This document shows, piece by piece, positions 34,990-39,216 of a stretch of DNA of 39,216 nucleotides; position 1 is the stretch's first letter; each line of letters begins with the position of its first letter. The DNA is taken from IMG/VR virus record IMGVR_UViG_3300042196_000276, positions 1 through 39,216 of that record. The stretch is one strand, 5' to 3'. The DNA comes from a virus. Its lineage: Duplodnaviria > Caudoviricetes. The notes beneath the pieces were generated by a model. It was not told where the DNA came from. It saw only the letters and a program-made list of their open reading frames with translations, and searched no databases. The position numbers and the translations under genes are program-made.

Positions 34990-35492
34990 CCAGGCGGTAC
35001 TGCCCCGGCGCTCCCTGGCGCCGGGGCAACGGGGATTCCCTGATCTTCGCAGAACCTGCGAATACGGGCGGTGGCGGCGCTCAGATCGTTGTTGATAAAC
35101 CCGTGTCCGAATGGCCAGTCGGAATTCCTGTTGCCAAAGATAGCCGAGGCCGCCAAGCTACTGATGCCGAAGACGTCGGCTATTCTGTCTATGTGGAAAA
35201 CGAGTCCCTTCATCTTATCAGGCCCCTCCCTCCATTCCTCGCATTCCGCCTTCAATCCGGCTCGGCGAAAGAAGGGGTGCAGCGAGAGCCACCCGATTGA
35301 GCAGCCCGAGAAGCCGCAACGGCTCGCCCCACTGAAGGACGTCGGGAGCTCGGCGCCGACTCCCCACAGGTTGAGGTCGAAACTCGCCCCGTCGTCGAGC
35401 CACTTCGGAACCTCCTCCTCCAACACCGAAACGGCCTTCGGCAGCCGCCCCAGCGCCCTCCTCTTGTTCCGGATCTCTTCCCCTGTCTTCAT
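34917..35492 (-). CDS. Hypothetical phage protein (FDLxxW...CGxxGCxIGW type)
   Basis: AGGAGG RBS; 73-bp convergent overlap with 31141..34989. Confidence 0.7.
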   Translation of the reverse strand: MKTGEEIRNKRRALGRLPKAVSVLEEEVPKWLDDGASFDLNLWGVGAELPTSFSGASRCGFSGCSIGWLSLHPFFRRAGLKAECEEWREGPDKMKGLVFHIDRIADVFGISSLAASAIFGNRNSDWPFGHGFINNDLSAATARIRRFCEDQGIPVAPAPGSAGAVPPGYLSDSSERIRFRAAMRSHGAASG

Positions 35493-35559
35493 CGTTCACC
35501 TCCTGTAGGCCGGGTACCCTTGCGCTACCAGACGAAGCTCCGCGGCGCCGCTCGATCTA

Positions 35560-36174
35560 TCAATTTTCGAGTAGCTCATCGGGAGCACCGCCAGCCTCGG
35601 CAGCGACCTTCCAGACCGCCTCCTCGGCCAGGTACTCGATCTGGCGTTTGACGAGTGGCATTTCGTCCATCAGCGCCGCCAGGCTAATCGGCACGGCGAC
35701 CGCCTTGCAGACCGACACTTCGCCGTACCTCGCCTCGACCTTGATGCTGCGTCCCATCATCCTCCTGCCCAGCCGGCCCAGCAACCCGCACTCGATCGTC
35801 AGCACGGGCACCTGGAAGTAATCGTGGGCAAGGTCGAGCGTCTGCACTTCCGGTAAGTCGACCGCCTCCATTCTGTGGTCGTAGCGAGTTATAGATATCC
35901 GGCTCAGGTGGTCAATGGCGGCCTCGGCCGGAGACCAATCGTCAGGGAACATCTCCGCAATGGCCTTGCGAAGGTGTGCCAACTTCCAGTTGAGGAGGGC
36001 ATGCTTCTTTCTCACCTCGGCCTTCTCGGCCAACAAAAACGTTTCGCGGCCGTTCAGCTCGACCCGGCGTTGCTCAGCCCAGACATTCAACTCCCGGCGA
36101 CGAAGCTCCAGGGCGACACCGCCGATTGCGGCTAGTGCCAAAGCCACGAAGAGCGGCTCCCAGGTCACCATCAC
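35560..36174 (-). CDS. N-terminally membrane-anchored hypothetical protein
   Basis: TM LFVALALAAIGGVAL followed by a coiled coil; GTGA overlap. Confidence 0.65.
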   Translation of the reverse strand: MMVTWEPLFVALALAAIGGVALELRRRELNVWAEQRRVELNGRETFLLAEKAEVRKKHALLNWKLAHLRKAIAEMFPDDWSPAEAAIDHLSRISITRYDHRMEAVDLPEVQTLDLAHDYFQVPVLTIECGLLGRLGRRMMGRSIKVEARYGEVSVCKAVAVPISLAALMDEMPLVKRQIEYLAEEAVWKVAAEAGGAPDELLEN

Positions 36175-36512
36175 TTCTCCAGCGCCAAGATGACGTTGCG
36201 TTGGTCGTCATCGTCGAGGTGCGGGAAACGGCCTCGCACGTAGGCCAAGTCGCCGTCTCCGAGGTCGTTTGCGATCTGCCAGAGCTTCGGGTCGACGTCC
36301 GCCTCGACGACGACAGCGCGGATGCGCTGGCTCGCCTGCTCGAAGACGAGTTCGATCTCGCCGGCGGTGCCGTTGTAGGCGGAAACCGCGAGTCCGACGA
36401 CCGCTCCTTCCGGAAACTCCCAATACGGCGGCCCCGGCTGCGGGAACGTGGAAGCAGCCCCCGTGTTCGAGTCATAGAGGCCACTGATGCTGAGGTCTTC
36501 TGTGCCGCTCAT
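36171..36512 (-). CDS. Hypothetical protein (possibly OB-fold-like)
   Basis: ATGA coupling with the upstream gene; LGDGDLAYVRGRF resembles an OB-fold strand. Confidence 0.6.
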   Translation of the reverse strand: MSGTEDLSISGLYDSNTGAASTFPQPGPPYWEFPEGAVVGLAVSAYNGTAGEIELVFEQASQRIRAVVVEADVDPKLWQIANDLGDGDLAYVRGRFPHLDDDDQRNVILALEK

Positions 36513-37816
36513 GTGCAATCTCCTGTGTGTTTTTCATCGTTGGAGACGAACGTGGTGCCGTTACAGAAGCAAATCTTGCTGGTACCGCTGCTGTCGCAGT
36601 ACGACTCTCCGGCCGTGGCCCCGCCGCAGACGAACGGCGCTGCCGCAACGCAGGGGACGGACCATCCGCCGGATCCACCGAAAGAGTACGTCTGGGCGCC
36701 GACCACCAGATCGATCTGATCCGCCGCCCCTCCAGTCGCCGCAATCGTGAGAATTCCCCCCGCCTGGCTGTAGGTGAGAGTAGCTCCGGCGTTCGACGTC
36801 GGCGACCCGAAGTAGACGCCGGCGGTGCTAGCGTCGGGGACCAGGATCGAGATGCCGCCACTGCCGCTGTTCTCGATGACGAAGTCATCAGCCGAAGTGG
36901 ACGCCGTCACGCTGCCGGCCGACGCCCGAAAGACGTGCAGCAGACCGTCAGGGGTCGTGGTTCCGAGGCCCCAGCCTGGGGTTCCCGCGTCACCGTACCA
37001 GAAGGCGGTCCCGGATAGCCCCTTTTCGATCTGGAAGGCGTTGTAGCCGGTGTCCTCGTCGCGCACCATCCAGTTCCCCGACGTCGCATTCGTCGAGAAA
37101 CTCCAGGTCGACGGCGTGGTGCCGCCAGTGTTTTCCATCATGACAGTCAGCGACCCCCCGCCGCTGTCGTCCTGAAGGGTGAGATCCCCCCGGAAGAAGC
37201 CGTCGCCCTCGACGTCGAGAGGGAAGTCCGGGGTCGTATCCCGGATGCCGACGCGATTGGCGCTCGAGTCCACGAACAGCGCGCCGGCGGCCAGGTCGGC
37301 AGCGAGCGTGACGTTCTGACTGGCGTCGATGCCGAGCGCCGCCGTGCCGTCGCCGCTGTAGACCTGCACCGTCCCCCCAGCCGTCGACGTCCCCAGCTCC
37401 ATGAGAGTCGCAGTGGGGTTGTAACTCCACCAGGATCCGGTGGAGTCGTGCCCCGGGTGCCCGAGGTTCCACCCTACACGCCCGCCGATACCGGCGCCGA
37501 AGATCGTCGCGCCGCAAAACACGGCGCCGCAGTCGAGCACTAGCTCGTCAAAGCCCGCCGGCGCCGCGGCGCCGCTGTCGGCGATCTCGATCTTGAGACC
37601 CGCCGTTACCGGGTCATTGGACGCGTCCAGCAATAGAAAATCACCCCCGAGCAATGCCGACAGCTCCCCCGCCGTCGCCTTGCAGCTGGTGGTCGGGCTG
37701 TACAGGCCGAAGACGTGGCTGGCGTCGAGAGTGCAGGTCGGCAGGTTGGGGCCGGGCTGGGACTGCGCCAAGGCACAGCCCGCGGACAAGAGCAGTAGCA
37801 GGAAAAAATGTTTCAT
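36509..37816 (-). CDS. Tail-fibre/adhesin-like protein with a signal peptide and 10 Cys in the mature part
   Basis: MKHFFLLLLLSAGCALA|QS; fibre-type repeats NRVGIRDTTPDFPLDVEG and WGLGTTTPDGLLHV; C-terminal YCDSSG..ICFCNGT module. Confidence 0.75.
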   Translation of the reverse strand: MKHFFLLLLLSAGCALAQSQPGPNLPTCTLDASHVFGLYSPTTSCKATAGELSALLGGDFLLLDASNDPVTAGLKIEIADSGAAAPAGFDELVLDCGAVFCGATIFGAGIGGRVGWNLGHPGHDSTGSWWSYNPTATLMELGTSTAGGTVQVYSGDGTAALGIDASQNVTLAADLAAGALFVDSSANRVGIRDTTPDFPLDVEGDGFFRGDLTLQDDSGGGSLTVMMENTGGTTPSTWSFSTNATSGNWMVRDEDTGYNAFQIEKGLSGTAFWYGDAGTPGWGLGTTTPDGLLHVFRASAGSVTASTSADDFVIENSGSGGISILVPDASTAGVYFGSPTSNAGATLTYSQAGGILTIAATGGAADQIDLVVGAQTYSFGGSGGWSVPCVAAAPFVCGGATAGESYCDSSGTSKICFCNGTTFVSNDEKHTGDCT

Positions 37817-38175
37817 ACGTCCTCCAAGTTGGTTTCGAGCACCGGTCGTTCGTTGGCATCGTCAAGAGTTCCGGGGTCGGCCGGGTCGCTCCGCAGCTCG
37901 TCGAACTCCTTCAGCAGCTCGCCGAGCTCCTTCAACCTGGCGTAGCGCCGCCGGGCGCCGCCGACCCTCTGCATGACCACGGAGTCGAGCCACTGCTGAA
38001 TCGCTTGGTTGCGCTCCAGAGGGCTCTTGCCAATCGAGACAAAAATTTTTCCCGTGAGATCACTTTCCGCGATCAGCCGCTCGTCCGCAGCGTTGACCAG
38101 TGCCTCGCGTAGAGTCTCGTCGTCGACCTCGACGCGGACGACGAAGACCCGCTTGTTCTGTGCGTACTTGGTCAT
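37813..38175 (-). CDS. Hypothetical protein
   Basis: ATGA-coupled on both sides. Confidence 0.7.
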   Translation of the reverse strand: MTKYAQNKRVFVVRVEVDDETLREALVNAADERLIAESDLTGKIFVSIGKSPLERNQAIQQWLDSVVMQRVGGARRRYARLKELGELLKEFDELRSDPADPGTLDDANERPVLETNLEDV

Positions 38176-38390
38176 TTGGGATCCATTCTCGTGAACAGGT
38201 TATATAGGATCGACTCCTGCTCCGGGGTGACCAGGCCCCAATTGATGAGCCTGTCGAGCAGTTCCAGGCCCTCGGCGACGCGCAGGGCAACGCCACGGAT
38301 ATCGAGGAGCTTGTCTCGCGCGTGGACGCGCAGCGGATCACCCTCGGTACACTTGTGGAACTGGCCGTCGGCTTCTCCGTAGGCACTCAT
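38172..38390 (-). CDS. Hypothetical protein
   Basis: GGAGG RBS; ATGA-coupled. Confidence 0.7.
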   Translation of the reverse strand: MSAYGEADGQFHKCTEGDPLRVHARDKLLDIRGVALRVAEGLELLDRLINWGLVTPEQESILYNLFTRMDPK

Positions 38391-39136
38391 CGCCCCGCCT
38401 CCGAGGTGACCGCCAACGGAGACCAGCGGCCGAATGCCGAATCAAGTGGTGGGTCGGCAGTCGGCTCGCCGGCAGCGCTCGCCTCGAACATGCCGGCCGT
38501 CAGCCGCCCCCCACAACGACTCCTAGTCTCGCGCGCCGTAAACTCCGCCGGGAAAGCGTCGCGCCACTCCCTGACAAGGCTGAACTCCAGGGGCGTACCC
38601 GTGAAGATCTGGGAGACGCAGAAACCGTTGCCAACCGGCACCGACCGGCGCCACAGACAGGGGCGGCCGCTTCCCCGGCAGGTCGCCAGCGCCCTGGAGT
38701 AGTACCACGGCTGCCAGGTGGCGTAGACGCCGTCGTAGATGACGTCGGGGGTATCTGCCGGGCAGGGGTGCGACCGGCAGTGCCAGGCCATCTCTCGGCT
38801 GGCAAGCTCGTGGTAGCGGTCCGCACCGGTGACGTTCTTCGGGCCGTCCGCGTAGGTTCTCCACAGCAGGTCGATCATCCACCGATCGTCGTCCAGTTCG
38901 CACTCCGGTTTCTCCGAGTTGCCCGGCCGCTCACAGAACGTGACGATCGGCGGCGTCGGCGGCAGCCCGCCGCCGAAGTCCTTGCCGTCGCCCTCGACGG
39001 CGAGCGGCGCTGCCGAGGTGATGGTGACCTGGTGCTGCTGTTGCTGCTGCGCTCGCGACACGAGCGAGCCGCAGGCGATCGTGACGCAGATGATGGCCGG
39101 CCAGAATAGCCAGGCGTAGCGGTTCGTACTGTTCAT
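38387..39136 (-). CDS. Exported Cys-rich protein
   Basis: AAAGGAAG RBS; hydrophobic N-terminus AWLFWPAIICVTIACG; 8 Cys downstream of it. Confidence 0.7.
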   Translation of the reverse strand: MNSTNRYAWLFWPAIICVTIACGSLVSRAQQQQQHQVTITSAAPLAVEGDGKDFGGGLPPTPPIVTFCERPGNSEKPECELDDDRWMIDLLWRTYADGPKNVTGADRYHELASREMAWHCRSHPCPADTPDVIYDGVYATWQPWYYSRALATCRGSGRPCLWRRSVPVGNGFCVSQIFTGTPLEFSLVREWRDAFPAEFTARETRSRCGGRLTAGMFEASAAGEPTADPPLDSAFGRWSPLAVTSEAGR

Positions 39137-39216
39137 TGTCGCTTCCTTTCGGGTTGTTGCCCTTTCCGGGCGGCAGCTGGCTGATCCGTCGCAGTGGTGA
39201 TGCTGGCGTCTTGGCG
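39090..39216. repeat. Terminal direct repeat, copy 2 (identical to 1-127)
   Basis: Exact match to bases 1-127. Confidence 0.95.

Larger units (their letters stand above)
1..39216. mobile_element. Complete tailed dsDNA bacteriophage genome (podovirus-like), circular or circularly permuted
   Basis: TerL, portal, scaffold, capsid, adaptor, nozzle and ejection genes occur in canonical podovirus order. There is no tape measure or sheath gene and no host housekeeping gene. The ends share a 127-bp overlap. Confidence 0.95.

Overview
This window is an apparently complete, GC-rich tailed dsDNA phage genome with podovirus-type architecture. Bases 1-127 are repeated exactly at 39090-39216, and a minus-strand operon reads through the join, so it is a circular or circularly permuted contig of 39,089 unique bp. 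It has five modules. (i) A leftward early/replication arm (6577 to 1055) encodes a DUF2815/Enc34-type SSB, a C5 cytosine methyltransferase, an Ala-rich Imm5-like protein and an unusual Phd/YefM-domain fusion that may be the replication initiator. (ii) A rightward arm encodes an XRE HTH regulator, a RuvC-like resolvase, an HNH nuclease, an apparently degraded lysis region (M15 peptidase lacking its AxD segment), an initiator-type tRNA-Met(CAT) with its own promoter and a class-3 lipase. (iii) A small-gene cassette array is punctuated by a 54-bp hairpin repeat. (iv) The virion operon (about 14745-34989) encodes TerS, TerL, portal, scaffold, an N4-gp56/DUF4043-type capsid, adaptor, nozzle and ejection proteins including an LPD38-type protein. 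(v) A leftward operon (869, across the join, to 34917) is rich in membrane, lipoprotein and signal-peptide, Cys-rich proteins, including the only tail-fibre-like gene. I recognised no integrase, DNA polymerase, primase/helicase or CRISPR array. The most notable observations are signal peptides on virion-type proteins, a shared C-terminal I(S/N)DPY motif on three consecutive ejection-region proteins, the hairpin-delimited cassette array, the Phd-initiator-like fusion (whose C-terminus suggests an Acidobacteriota host) and an fMet tRNA with an altered anticodon stem. All family assignments come from recognising motifs by eye; no database searches were run.
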